Shown here: positions 13,651 through 27,912 of the stretch, in pieces
Numbering within the stretch: the stretch's first letter is position 1
How the letters are laid out: each line of letters begins with the position of its first letter
Origin: Azolla caroliniana
Taxonomy: Eukaryota; Plantae; Polypodiophyta
DNA: 64,000 nt
Direction: 5' to 3'
Assembly: GCA_043228905.1 (NCBI GenBank)
Contig: JBHGNT010000012.1
Span: 7,998,001 to 8,062,000, forward strand
Notes under the pieces: generated by a model
Told to the model about the DNA's origin: nothing
Databases searched by the model: none
What the model saw: only the letters and a program-made list of their open reading frames with translations
Position numbers and translations under genes: made by a program

Positions 13651-16600
13651 CATATTCGTAAATATGTTTCTGAGAGTCCATCAAGGCTATATTTGTAAAT
13701 AGCCGAAAAGTCATATTAGTATAAATATGACTTAGGGCAACTTTTTTTTTACATGACTGTTGTTGTTGTCATTCCTGTTTTGCACAAGATTAGAGCGCGT
13801 AACATTGTACAGAGAGAGAGAGAGAGAAAGAGGTCGCTGCCTCTGTTGTAACTGCCGCTTGTGGCGGAGATCGTGAGCACGAGGTCGTTGCCTCCGTGAA
13901 CTCACTGTTTGTACATTCCAACATAGTGATAGTTTGCAGCCTGTGGGCTGCCGTGATTTTTCCCTTAGTTTGGGTTTTCCACGTAAACATCCTGTGTACC
14001 TTTTCTGTCCTTTGTGTCGTGCATTTACTTCCCGTTTTCTGTGTATGATCCTAAGGTCGGTTGTGGCCGAGCGTTGCGTATAGGGAGCGTTCAGTTCTCG
14101 TCAAGTGGTGTCAGAGCGAAACGACACAGAAAATGGACGAATCGTTTGGCGGCATGTTCAAGCTCACCAGCTCCAACTATTCAGTGTGGAAGTCGAAGAT
14201 GAGGGACATGCTCGTGGTTAAAGACCTTTGGCTGCCGGTTCAGTTCGGGGACAAGAGACCGGACAAAATCGACGCCGCGATATGGGAGGTGATGCACATG
14301 AAGACAACGGCGTACATACGGTGCTTCATTGACATGAGCCTGTACAACAACTTCAATGAGGAGAGCAAGGCTCATGAGCTCTGGGAGAAGATCGACATAA
14401 TGTTTCAAAACAAAAATGCTGTTAATCAGGTTTCGGTATTCCGGAAGCTAGTAAGACTCCGGTACCAAGATGGCTCCAGCATGGCGGAGCACATGAATGC
14501 TTTCTAGGGGCTGATACACCAGGCAACATCATTGGAAGTACCTCTCGCCGACGAGGTACTAGCGCTACTCCTGCTCGGTTACCTCCCGGATAGCTGGGAG
14601 ACGTTGGTTGTCACTTTGGGCAACGCCGGGCCGGAAGGAAAGCGGTTATCCCTAGCAAGAGTAAAGTCGAGCTTGCTAGATGAGGAGGCGCGTCGGAAGG
14701 ATAAAGATACGATCTCCGACTCCAAAGCGCTCCTTACCGAATCGGAACGCAGAAGACAAAGAAACCGTAGTCCCCAGAACCGGGAGAAGTCGGGGACACG
14801 GTCAAAGTCAAGGGGGAGGCCCACTTGCTTCTATTGCGGCAAGCCGGGACACTTCCAAAAGAACTGTCGGCATTTCCGAAAAGATAAGGAGACCGACGGT
14901 ACCGATTCGAAGCGGACCCCGGACCGGAACGGTAAAGACCGGAGGGGGCCGGACCGGAAGGGAATGACGGCAATCGCGGCAAGTGAAGAAGAGTTGATGC
15001 TCATCACCGAGGAGAGTGAGATAAACCTTGCCAGCGACGAGATTACCTGGGTGGTAGACTCCGGAGCGTCGTTCCACCTTACCCCAGACCGGAAATGCTT
15101 CTCATCCTACTCAGCCGGTGATCACGACCGTGTCCGGATGGGGAATGAAGGTACATGCCGAATTATCGGCATAGGAGACGTGTGGCTGTCAACACCAACC
15201 GGATGCACAAGTTGCTGCTGAAGGATGTCCGACACGTTCCGGAGGTTCGTCTGAACCTGATATCAGCCGGTCGGCTAGATGATGAAGGCTACACGGGCAG
15301 CATCCGGAACGGTGTCATGAAGTTCAGCAAAGGGAGCCTGATTGTGGCTCGGGCCCGGAAGGTCAACACACTATACCTGATGAATGCCCGGTTATGTCCG
15401 GAAGAAGTGAACCTGGCATCCGACACTGCCGGTGAGCTGTGGCACAAGAGATTGTGGCATATGAGCGAGAAGGGGATGAAGAGGCTTGCAGACGACAACC
15501 TCATTCCAGTGAAGAACGTGCACTTGGAGAAGTGCACTGATTGTCTGGCCAGTAAGCAAAACCGGACCTCCTTCCGACCAAGGCCACCGATGAGACGTAA
15601 TGCACCACTGGAGTTGGTGCATACGGATGTGTGTCAAGGAGACACGAAGTCACATGCCGGAGCACAGTACTTCGTGACGTTCATAGATGACCACAGCTGG
15701 AAGCTGTGGGCCACACCGTTGAAGACGAAGGATCAGGTGTTATCTGTCTTCAAAGAGCTCCACGCGAGAGTGGAAAGGGAAACCGGCCGGAAGCTGAAGG
15801 CGGTTCGAGTAGATAACGGAGGAGAATACTGGGGGCAGTTCAAGGAGTACTATCGCTCGAAGGGAATCCAGCTCGAATTTACCGTGCCGAAGACGCCGGA
15901 ACTAAACGGACTGGCCGAGAGGATGAACTAGACCATAATGGAGAGGGTCCGGAGTATGCTAGCGCATGCAAAACTACCCAAGAAGTTTTGGGCTGAGGCA
16001 CTGTCGACGGCGACATATGTACCCTCAGTACCCTTGGACGGAGACACGCCACAGAGAGTATGGACCGGTAAGGAAGTGTCCTACCGGCATCTGAAGGTGT
16101 TTGGGTGTCTCGCGTACGTGCATGTAGTTAAGGACCGGAGAGGAAAGTTAGATCCAAAGACCCGACCATGCATATTCCTCGGTTATGGTGACGATGAGTT
16201 CGGCTACCGAGTGTGGGACCTAGTCGACAAGAAGGTATTCCGGAGTCGAGATATTATCTTCATGGAGGACAAGACGCTCGCCGACTGGGAGTCGGAGAAG
16301 AAGATAATGAACTCCGAGTCGACCGGTAAGGATAGATTCTGCGATGAGCAGACCCAACCGGCAAGAGACCAGTTAGCACTCGAGGAACCAGCCGGTTACG
16401 GTGAGGATACCGAACCGGCAGAAGAAGTAGAGGAAGCTGAGACCGGAACCGGCCTAGGCCCCAAATCGGATTCAGATGAAGAGCAAATGGAGGAGCCGGC
16501 TACCGAAGCCCAAAGACGGTGATATCCTCTCAGAGAGAGAAGGGCCCCCCGGAGATTTCTGGATGCAGAGCATGTGCTGCTGACCGATGAGGGGGAGCCA

Positions 16601-17052
16601 GAAAGCTTCGAAGAAGCGAAGGATGACACCCATAGCCGCAAATGGTTAAGTGCCATGCAGGATGAGATGGATTCCCTGCATGAGAACCATACGTACGAAT
16701 TGGTGGAGTTGCCGAAAGGAAAGCGGGCACTCCGAAACAAGTGGGTGTACAAGTTGAAACCGGGAGATGCCGACAACCCCCCGAGATACAAAGCCAGGAT
16801 CGTGGTGAAGGGGTTCCAGCAGAAGAAGGGCGTGGACTTCGACGAGATATTTGCCCTGGTAGTAAAGATGACCTCCATCCGGACTGTGCTGAGTATAGCG
16901 GCAAGCATGGACCTCGAGGTAGAACAGCTGAACGTGAAGACGACATTCCTTCACGGTGACCTCCAAGAGGAGATCTACATGCAGCAACCGGAGGGATTTG
17001 TGGAGAAAGGGAAGGAGCACCTGGTTAACCGGTTGAAGAAGAGCCTCTACGG

Positions 17053-20000
17053 TGTCGTGAAGAAAACCGTCCACAAGCGGAATCGGTGCACCGGAGCATA
17101 AGAACCGGCTCTTCATGCACGTACGCCTTGTGTTGTACATAGGAGAGAATTAGGGACATGGGAGATCCTAGGTAGGTAGATTCGGTAGGTAGGAAGTTAA
17201 TAGGAAATGGCTCCCTTCTTGCCTATAAAAGGAGGGAGACGAGGAGGAGGAGGGGGCGCGAAGTAAGAGAGGACGAAGTGCTGCTGGATTGCGGGCCGAA
17301 GGCTGCTCTCTCTTCCAAACTCCATAGCTTCTTTCTGCGCAGGTTTCGGGAGGCTCGTGCTGCTCTGAGGAATGCCCGAGTGCTTCTGGCAGCACCTCCA
17401 ACCTACTCCTTTCTTTCTGTGCGTTTACGAACAGGCATCGGCATCTGTTCGCCGGCCTGTTCGGTTGTAACCGACTTCGTGTTCTTGTTGTTTGTCTTTG
17501 TTAATACATACATACATTCATGTCTATCTGTGTCGTTGTCCCACTCGCGTCTTTGTGTCAAAGGGCCGTGTCCCTGCAAATCTACGCTCGCATGTAGTGG
17601 GTTCCCTTCTCCCTGCTCTCTCGCTCTTCGGTACAAGGCCCCCGAGGTCCCGCCTCATTCCACGCATCCACGAGGAATACCTCAACATCTTGGTGAACCC
17701 GACGTGAAGGAAGGTGACAGAAGAGCAGAAGATGAAAGGGTCGGATCTTGCGGAGGCCATGGCTTCGGCCGTGGATCGGATATTGAGCGCACGCGAGGGC
17801 TCCGGCGCCCTCGACAGAGCCATTGAGGCGGTCGTCGATACGATCGGCCGGTTCAGCGGAAAGGATGCCACGAAGTATTTGGCGTCCTACGGGGCAGAAA
17901 TGCTGATGCGGGACATTCCGGAAGAGAGGCGTCTTGCCGGGTTTCCTCGAGTGGCGATGCCAAGCATCCATGCGGAGGTGCTTGAGGTGCGGGCGGAGAG
18001 CCGTACCTGGGAGGAGTTCGAAGGCCGACTCCTGGAAAAATACAGGCTGGACGACGCGCTCCGGCTTTCGAAACGAGACTTCATGGAATGGGTGGAGTCC
18101 CCCGGCAAGGGAAGAAACGCGTCGGAACTCCTCCGGGAATTCGAAGAACGCTTTGCGCGCCTTTAGGCGCTTGACCGAACCGTTCTGGATACGAGCCGGG
18201 TCCTACTGTTCGTCAAGTCGGTGGACGAGCGGGACCGGGATCAAGTCGGCTCCTTGCTGGAAACCGAAGACGGGATGACAACCGACTGGGCTGCGGTTAA
18301 GAGAGTCTGTGGCCGTTTCGACAAACGGCGAGAATGGGCTGACAACGGGGCGGCTGGTGCGGGCTCTGTCACATCAAGGAGGATTGAACCGGCACCACAA
18401 GGGCGAAGGGAAGAAACCCGGGAATGGCTCGAAACCAGTCCGGCTTCGACCGGCATGGTCAGTGGCTAGTCCGGAGGAGCAGCGCTGGAGGAGTTGACGC
18501 GGGCGATAAAGGATTTCTAGATCGCCCAGACTCGAAGGGAAGGCGGCGAACCGGCTCGTGACCGACGACCGGTAGCAGGGAACAGGTGCATGTGGTGCGA
18601 CGAGGTCGGCCACATCCGGAAGGACTGCGGCGATTTCGCAGAAGCGTTGAGGAACCGGGTGGTATACCTGTGGGAAGGCCGGGTGCACGCCGGCGACACC
18701 AGAAGGGCCCTGAACCGAAACGACGGGCGAGGAGGAATGAAGAGACTGATGGAAGAGGCAGCGGCCCGACACGTGGAGGCCATCCACTACTCGGCGTCGG
18801 CCGACATTCGGGTCGGGGGCAGCGAGGCCCAAAAGGAGGGCAAAGACGGATTCTGGTCAGCAATGCTGGAAGGTCTTGCCGGCGCACGGCTAAGGAAAGA
18901 TGAAACGGACCGCGCCGAGAGACGGGTCCGGGAAATAACCGGGTGGAGCGACCCGGTCAAGGAGAAGACGGGCTTCGTAGAAGCCACCTGTCGGAACTAC
19001 GAGGTTCTGGTAGAAGACAAACGAGTGGGGAAAGCTAGAGCGGCCGGGCCCTCACAACGATACGAGACCCGATTCGGGCAACGACGGAACGATGCCGGTG
19101 GGTCCATCGCGCAGGATAACCCCAGGAAGGGCGGATACCGATTGGGGACGAAAATAGAAAGGGCCACGGACCGACGAAAGGTCCTAGAAGAACGGATCCT
19201 CGACAGCAAAGTGGAGCTGTCATTGCGGGAGGTGCTAGGGATCGCCAAGAAGGAGTTCCACGACTCCATTGTGGACTTGGTGAAACAGAAGAGGCTGTTG
19301 ACGGAGACGGAACTGGAAAGACCGGTGGAGGTGCGAACGATGCACATTGACGACTTGGTGCTGGAAGATGTGTGGTCGGAGAGCCACTATTCGAGGCCGC
19401 ACTGGGCCCGAGCGACCACGGAGACCCCGGTAAAGATCGGAGATGTTCAGGAACCGGTGGTGGCATTAGTGGACTACGGTTCGGAAATAAACCTGATGTC
19501 CATGGACTTCTATAAGAAGGTAAGGCCAGTCGCAGCACCCTTACCAGAGGGCAGCGAGTCCCGAATCAGAGGGGTTGCGTCGGACCCCAGTTTACGAGAT
19601 CCGGCCTGCATAGGACACACCTTCACCGACGGGACGCTCCGGGAGCTCAAGATCGGTGGGGGCGGGTTCCTACTGCCGACGGAGGAAGACCAGTTTCGGG
19701 GAATGCTCGGAAGGCACGGGAAAGCCTTCGCATTTTCGCCGGAAGAGGTCGGGTGCGTAGACCCGACAATCGTGGAGCCGATGGTGATATTCACGGTACC
19801 GCATGTACCGTGGAATCTCAAGCCGATTCCAGTACCGAAAGCTCACATCCCGAAGTTGATGGAGCTATTGAGGCAGAAAGTCGATATGGGCATTCTCGAA
19901 CCGTCAAGTGCCCCATACTCGAACCGATGGTTTACCGTACCAAAGAAAAACGGGACATTGCGCTTCATTCAAGACCTGCAGCCGGTCAACAGAGTGACCA

Positions 20001-23000
20001 TTCGGAATGCAGGAATCGGACCGACCATAGACGAGTTTGCGGAGGCCTTCGCCAGAAGGTCGATTTACTCGGTCGGTGATCTGTACTCGGGGTACGACCA
20101 GTTCCAGCTAGCCGTGGAGAGCAGAGACATTACGACGATGCGAACTCCCCTCGGCCTAGTGCGAATGTGTACCCTGCCACAAGGAGGGACCAACTCGGTG
20201 GCCCACATGGTGAATGCAATGAACAAGGTACTAAGGGATTGCATCCCGGACATCACCATGCCATTTCTAGACGACATTCCGATAAAGGGGTGTGCGGTAG
20301 AAGAGAAGGACACAACGCTCGGACCGGACGGATGCCGGTGATTCGTGGCAACACACATCGACGACTGCGAGAAGGTACTACAAAGGCTAGAGGATGCGAG
20401 GCTCACCTTCTCCGGGGAGAAATCGGCCTTCGGGCAATCGGAAATCCTGGTGGTCGGACACCTATGTGGACCATATGGCCGGAAGCCGTCTCCGGCAAAG
20501 GTAGAAGCCATCTCCGCGATGAAGACCGACTGTAGCTCGGTTACGGAAGTTCGGAGGTTCCTAGGGGCATGCACATTCTACCACATATGGATCCCGCATT
20601 ACGCCCACGTTGCGGAGCCGCTATACGGGTTGCTGAAGAAAGGGCGAAAAATTCGAGTGGCGAGACGAGCACACGGAGTCGGTCCGGAAGCTAAAGGAAG
20701 CTCTTGCGGCAACACCGGCGCTCCGGAAGGCTGTCTACGAGAAGGGTACCCCGGTATACATAACGGTGGATACGAGCCCGACCGGGATCGGATGGGTCGT
20801 CAACCAAGAAGACGAGGACGGCACCCGGTTCCCGATCCGATTCGGTGCGAAGGTCCTCAGCGAGCGACAGCGAGGGTACGCCCAGGTTAAACGCGAACTC
20901 TAGGGTATCGTTTCGGCAGTAAAGGCTGACAAAGACTACCTGATCGGGACGGAAGTGATTATCGAGACGGATTGCCTGCCAATTCTCGGCATGGTTTCCA
21001 GATGCGCGACACCGGACCTGGCGATGCTTAGGTGGATAGCGTACATCAAGTCCCTGGACCCGGAAATACGGCACATTTCCGGAAAGGACAACGCCATGGC
21101 CGACATGCTTTTGAGGGCGAGGTTTGATGACGAGGGCGGCATGGTTTCGGAGGACGAAGAAGTCGGCGTGGACTTCTTCGAGGCGACGTACGTGACGACC
21201 GATGGGACGAGCACTCCGGCACTTAACGACTTCGACGAGAGCAAGTACGACGGCGAGTGGCTCCAGATCGGTGGATTTTTGAGAACAATGACGCCGGATG
21301 CGTCATGGACGAAGGACGAGGCTAACCGGATCCGGAAGAAAGCTTACCGATTCTTTCTCCGGGACGGATACTTATGGAAGCACCCGAAGAAGAGGAACGG
21401 CGTCCCGCTCCGGGTGGTGGCGATGAAGGAAGAACAGGAGGAGCTGCTGACGGCCTACCACGACAGCCCTTGGGCTGGACACCGTGGAACATGGGCCACG
21501 TTCGAGAAGATAAAGGGGAAGTACTGGTGGTCGGGACTGTACTGGGACGTGCATCGGTTCGTGACAACTTGCAAGAGTTGTCAGATGCACTCCATAGTCC
21601 GGCATCGGGACGAGCTTCACCCTACGTACCCTCCGACCATCCACTTCAAATGGATGGTAGATCTGGTGACGATGCCGATGGGCGTAGGACAGATGCGGTA
21701 TCTGGTCCTGGCTCGGGAAGATCTGACGAACCAGGTGGAAGGCCGAGCCCTTCAGAACAAAACGACCGCGGCCGTATGTCGGTTCCTGATCGAGGACGTG
21801 ATATGCCGGTATGGGTGCGTCAGGAAGATCGTGGCTGATCGTGGGGAGTTGGACGCTGAAGAGGTCGAGGAGCTGTTCGACCGGCTAGGAGTCAAGCTCT
21901 CGCTTACCACTGCGTACAATCCGGAGGCGAATGGGAAGGTGGAGCGCGGACACGGACCGATCGTCAAGGCGTTAGTTCGGGCATGCGGAGGTCAAGTCGG
22001 GAACTGGCCGCGGCTGCTGCCTTACGCGTTGTGGGCGGACCGAACTACGCACAGTTCGGTAACCGGATTCATGCCGGTAGAGCTCATGTTTGGGCAGAAG
22101 CCGATCATGCCGATGGAACGTACGATCTCCTCATGGGCAACCGTGGCCTGGAGAGACGAGATGAGCCGGGAGGAACTGTTGGCGGCGCGCATACGACAGC
22201 TCGAGCGAAGACCGGAGGACGTGGAGCAGGCTGCGGAAAAGCTTCAGGAAGCAAGGATGAGGAACAAAGCCCGGTTCGACCGAACGCACCGGCTCTGACC
22301 GAAGAAGATCGAGGAAGGCGACTGGGTGCTAGTCTACGACAGCAGCCTCGACAACTAGCACCGAGCGACACGAAAGTTCGCAAGAAGGTGGTTCGGGCCT
22401 TACGTGGTACAAAGCGCCAATGACAACGAGACGTACCATCTGGCGGAACTCGACGGCACTAGAATGGAGATACCGGTAGCTGGGAAGCGGATCAAAGCGT
22501 TCAAGAAGCGTCACGACGACGAGCCGGATCCGGTTAACCTGGACCGGAACGACGAACGATCCGAAACCGAGGAAGAACCGACGGGCGGGGAATGAAGGCT
22601 GGACCGGTTTTCTCCGTCCCAACTCAATTTGGCGCATGCTGGTGGATGCGCGGTTAGGTGGGGGCGGATGTCGTGAAGAAAACCGTCCACAAGCGGAATC
22701 GGTCCACCGGAGCATAGGAACCGGCTCTTCATGCACGTACGCCTTGTGTTGTACATAGGAGAGAATTAGGGACATGGGAGATCCTAGGTAGGTAGATTCG
22801 GTAGGTAGGAAGTTAATAGGAAACGGCTCCCTTCTTGCCTATAAAAGGAGGGAGACGAGGAGGAGGAGGGGGCGTGAAGTAAGAGAGGACGAAGTGCTGC
22901 CGGATTGCGGGCCGAAGGCTGCTCTCTCTTCCAAACTCCATAGCTTCTTTCTGCGCAGGTTTCGGGAGGCTCGCGCTGCTCTGAGGAATGCCCGAGTGCT

Positions 23001-23303
23001 TCCGGCAGCACCTCCAACCTACTCCTTTCTTTCTGTGCGTTTACGAACAGGCATCGGCATCTGTTCGCCGGCCTGTTCGGTTGTAACCGACTTCGTGTTC
23101 TTGTTGTTTGTCTTTGTTAATACATACATACATTCGTGTCTATCTGTGTCGCTGTCCCACTCGCGTCTTTGTGTCGAAGGGCCGTGTCCCTGCGAATCTA
23201 CGCTCGCACGTAGTGGGTTCCCTTCTCCCTTCTCTCTCGCTCTTCGGTACAAGGCCCCCGAGGTTCCGCCTCATTCCACGCATCCGCGAGGAATACCTCG
23301 ACA
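17053..23303 (+). mobile_element. Gypsy D: non-chromovirus Ty3/gypsy element with tRNA-Trp PBS and 4-bp TSD, mildly degenerate
   Basis: 635-bp LTRs at 17053-17687 and 22669-23303. TSD acgg (restores C RT tac ggg ttg). PBS tggtgaacccgacgtga at 17691-17707. Gag with CMWCDEVGHIRKDC, PR VDYGSEIN, RT MPFLDD, RNase H, and integrase HHCC/DDE to 22595; several stops and a frameshift; no chromodomain. Confidence 0.92.
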
Positions 23304-24508
23304 ACGGGTTGAAGCAAGCCCCCCGGCAATGGTACCGGAAGTTTGACTCCTTCATGACCGATCAAGGGTACCACAAGACGCAGGCCGATCACTGCATGTT
23401 TGTGAAGAAGTTTGAAGGAGGCGACTTCCTGATACTCCTTCTGTACGTGGATGACATGTTGATCGTCGGACGTGACCAAGTCAAAATACGGATGTTGAAG
23501 AAGGCTCTCAACCGGACCTTCTCAATGAAAGACTTGGGTCCGGCAAGACAGATGTTGGGGATGCACATCATTCGGGACCGGTCAAAGAAGCAATTATGGC
23601 TGTCACAGGAGAAGTACGTGACAAAAGTGCTTCACTGGTTCAACATGTCAGAAGCGAAACCGGTCGGATTGACACTTCCGGCAAACTGCAGGCTATCCGG
23701 TAAGCAAAGCCCGAAGACGAAAGCAGAGAAGGCGGATATGATGAAGATTCCATATGCCTCTGTCGTCGGGAGCTTGATGTACGCAATGGTGTGTACCCGA
23801 CCGGATATAGGATACGCAGTCGGAGTGGTGAGCTGGTTTATGAGCAATCCCGGCAAGGAGCACTGGAACGCTGTCAAATGGATACTCCGGTATTTGAAGG
23901 GCACTTCAAATATGTGTCTCCGATTCGGCTCCGGAAGACCTCAACTTGACGGTTTCACCGACTTGGACATGTCGGCTGATGTGGATACCAGCCGGTCTAC
24001 ATCCGGGTATGTAATGACATATGCAGGGGGAGCTGTTTTGTGGCAGTCGAGGCTGCAGAAGACGGTTGCATTGTCAACCACGGAGGCGGAGTATATGGCG
24101 GCTGTGGAAGCCGGCAAGGAAATATTATGGATGAAGGACTTCATCGGAGAGCTCGGTATTCGGCAAGATGAATACCGGCTCTATTGCGACAGTCAAAGTG
24201 TCATCCACCTTGCTAAGAATGCGGCCTACCAATCCCGGACAAAGCATATCCAGCAGAGGTATCACTAGATCCAGGAAAGAGTAGATGACCAAGAGTTCGC
24301 GCTAATGAAGATCCACACGGCCGAGAACGGGTCAGATATGCTGACCAAAGTGCTGATACCCGACAAGCTGGATGCATGCCGGAAGAGAATCGGACTGGTA
24401 AGACACCCCATGCCGGAGTGAAGGGGGAGTTTGTTGGGAGACAGGTCCCTCCGGATGGGAAGGGAGAAGAACAGTGCCGATGAACAAACTCGGCTGAGGC
24501 CGAAACCG

Positions 24509-24788
24509 TATGAGGAGTACCCGGCTACAGAGAGCCGGATGATACAGACCCAGTATGAACCAGATGAGGAGTACCCAGCTACGGAGAGCCGGATGGTGCA
24601 GACCCAGTGAAGACCGGATGAGGAGTACCCGGCTACAGAGAGCCGGATGATACAGACTCGGTATGAACCGGATGAGGAGTACCCGGCTACGGAGAGCCGG
24701 ATGGTGCAGACCCGGTGAAGACCAGATGAGGAGTACCCGGCTACGGAGAGCCGGATTTTGCAGACCCGGTGAAGACCGGATGAGGAGA
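24509..24788 (+). repeat. 54-bp tandem array (5 units) in 3' LTR of Copia C
   Basis: Same unit at 24509, 24563, 24617, 24671, 24725. Confidence 0.9.
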
Positions 24789-27700
24789 CATATTTGTAAA
24801 TATGTTTCTGAGAGTCCATTGAGGCTATATTTGTAAATAGCCGAAAAGTCATATTAGTATAAATATGACTTAGGGCAACTTTTTTTTTATATGACTGTTG
24901 TTGTCATTCCTGTTTTGCACGAGATTAGAGTGCGTAACAGTGTACAGAGAGAGAGAGAGAGAGAGAAAGAGGTCGCTGCCTCTGTTGTAACCGCCGCCTG
25001 TGGCGAAGATCGTGAGCACGAGGTCGTTACCTCCGTGAACTCACTGTTTGTACATTCCAACATAGTGATAGTTTGCAGCCTGTGGGCTGCCGTGGTTTTT
25101 CCCTTAGTTTGGGTTTTCCACGTAAACATCCTGTGTACCTTTTCTCTCCTTTGTGTCGTGCATTTACTTCCCGTTTTGTGTATGATCCTAAGCTCGGTTG
25201 TGGCCGAGCGTTGCATATAGGGAGCGTTCAGTTCTCGTCAGGAAGTACCTCTCGCCAATGAGGTACTTGCTCTACTCCTGCTCGGTTTCCTCCCGGATAG
25301 CTTGGAGACGTTAGTTGTCATGTTGGGCAACGCCGGGCCGGAAGGAAAACATCTATCCCTAGGAAGGGTCAAGTCGAGCTTGCTAGATGAGGAGGCGCGT
25401 CGGAAAGACAAGGAGGTGATCTCCGACGCCAAAGCCGTCCTTACCGAATCGGAATGTGGAAGACAAAGGAATCGGAGTCTCCAGAACCGGGAAAAGTCAG
25501 GGACACGATCAAAGTCAAGGGGGAGGCCCACTTGATTCTATTGCGGCAAGCCGGGGCACTTATAGAAGAACTGTCGACATTTCCGGAAAGACAAGGGAAT
25601 CGACAGTACCGATTCTAAGAAGTCACGGGACCGAAACGGTTCGGATCGGCGAGGCCCAGACCGGAAGGGAACTACGACGATCGCGACAAGTGAAGAAGAA
25701 TTAATGCTCATCATTGAGGAGAGCGTGTTGAACCTTGCCGTCGATGAGACAACGTGAGTTGTCGATTCTGGAGCGTTGTTCCACCTTACCTCGGACTGGA
25801 AATGCTTCTCATCCTACACAACCGGTGAGCACAACTGTGTTCGGATGGGGAATGAAGGGACATGCCGAATTATCAGCGTAGGAAATGTGTTGTTGACGAC
25901 ATCAACCGGATGCAAGTTGCTGCTGAAGGATGTCTGACATGTTCCGGAGGTTCGACTGAACTTGATATCAACTGGTCGGCTAGATGATGAAGGCTACATA
26001 GGTAACATTTGGAACGGAGTCATGAAGTTCTGCAAAGGGAGCTTAATAGTGGCTCGAGCCCGGAAGGTCAACACATTGTACTTGATGAATGCCCGGATAT
26101 GCCAGGAAGAAGTGAACGTAGCATCCGAAACTGCCGGTGAGTTGTGGCACAAAAGACTGTGTCACATGAGTGAGAAGGGGATGAAGAGGCTTGCCGAAGA
26201 CAACCTCATTCCGGTGAAGGATGTGCAACTTGAGAAGTGCACCGACTGCCTGGCTGGCAAGAAAAACCGCACCTCCTTCCGGTCAAGACCACCGATGAGA
26301 CGGAATGCACCACTGGAGCTGGTGCATACCGATGTGTGTCAAGTCGACACGAAGTCACATGCTGGATCGTAGTACTTCGTGACGTTCATAGATGACCACA
26401 ACCGGAAGCTATGGGACTCACCGTTGAAGACGAAGGACCAAGTGTTATCTGTCTTCAAGGAGCTCTACGCGAGAGTGGAAAGGGAAACTTGCCGGAAGTT
26501 GAAGGCGGTTTGAGCAGATAACGGAGGAGAATACCGGGGGCAGTTCGAGGAGTACTGCCGGTCAAATGGAATCCGACTCGAGTTTATTGTGCCGAAGACG
26601 TCGGAACTAAACAGACTGGCCGAAAGGATGAACCGGACCATAATGGAGAGAGTCCGGAGCATGCTAGCACATGCCAAGTTACCCAAGAAGTTTTGGGCTG
26701 AGGCGCTGATGACGGTGACCTATTTGATAAACATATCACCCTCAGTACCCTTGGATGGAGACTCACTGCAGAAAGTATGGACCGGTAAGGATGTGTCTCA
26801 CCGGCATTTGAAGGTGTTCGGGTGTCTCGCATAAGTGCATGTGGAGAAGGACAAGAGAGCAACGTTGGATCCGACGTCCCGACCATGCATATTCCTTGGA
26901 TATGGCGATGATGAGTTCGGTTATCGGGTGTGGGATTTGGTCAACAGAAAGGTGTTCAGGAGTCGGGACATAGTCTTCATGGAAGACAGGACCATTGCCG
27001 ACTGGGAGTTGGAGAAGAAGGTAACGAACTCTAGATCATCCATTGAAAACCGCCTTGAGGACAAAAGGATATACCCGGTTGAAAACCGGATGTTAGCCGA
27101 TAACCGGATGACACTCGACGAACCAGCCGGATTCGGACAAGAAACCGAACCGACTGAAGAAGAAGAAGAAGAAGAAGAAGAAGAAGAAGACACCGGAACT
27201 GGCCAAGATCCCGAATCGGAATCGGATTCGGAATAGACGAAGGAACCGACAGTCAGAAACCAAGGACGGAGATATCCTCTTCGGGAGAGAAGAGCCCCCC
27301 GAAGATTTCTGGATGTAGAGCATGTGTTGTTAACCGATGAGGGGGAGCCGCAAAGAGAGACACCCACAGCCGCAAGTGGTTGAGTGCCATGCAGGATGAG
27401 ATGGATTCCTTGCATGAGAACCAGACATACGAATTGGTGGAGTTGCCGATAGGAAAGAGGGCACTCTGGAACAAGTGGGTGTACAAGCTAAAACCGGGAG
27501 ATGCCAGAAATCCACCAAGGTATTGTTGGGAATATGTACCTCTAGTGGGAGGAAGAGCCGACTGTTCGGAAAGCCGACTGTCGAAGGGTCAAAAACAGTG
27601 ATTCGACTGTTTGAGAATTCTACTACTATTATTATTATGGTAATAATAATGATGATGTTAGGAAGTAGATCACACCGGATGGGGAGAGAGAGGAGCTGAG

Positions 27701-27912
27701 TTGATGAGGGACTCGACTGAGGCTGAAACCAGAATCATGTATATAGCCAACTCGGGAGACGATACTTGTAAATAGTCTCAATGTGTGCCCGATGAGGGCT
27801 AGGTATGTAAATAGCCAGAAAGTTGTGTAAGTATATATGCAAATAGGGCAAAATTTAAGATGTAGAATGGAAGAGAACATAATTGTGAGTGTGAGAGAGA
27901 AGTGTGTGCCGT

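Larger units (their letters stand above)
13348..25240 (+). mobile_element. Copia C (close relative of B), inserted in gag of B; hosts Gypsy D
   Basis: LTRs 13348-14103 and 24432-25240. Perfect TSD ggaag. PBS tggtgtcagagc at 14106. Gag zinc knuckle CFYCGKPGHFQKNC, protease DSGAS, integrase, RT LYVDD and RNase H, with few stops or frameshifts. Confidence 0.93.

Noticed and set aside
17168-22775. Many overlapping antisense and alternative-frame ORFs in D (also in C, F, G)
   Set aside because: Expected shadows of GC-rich coding sequence; no recognisable motifs.
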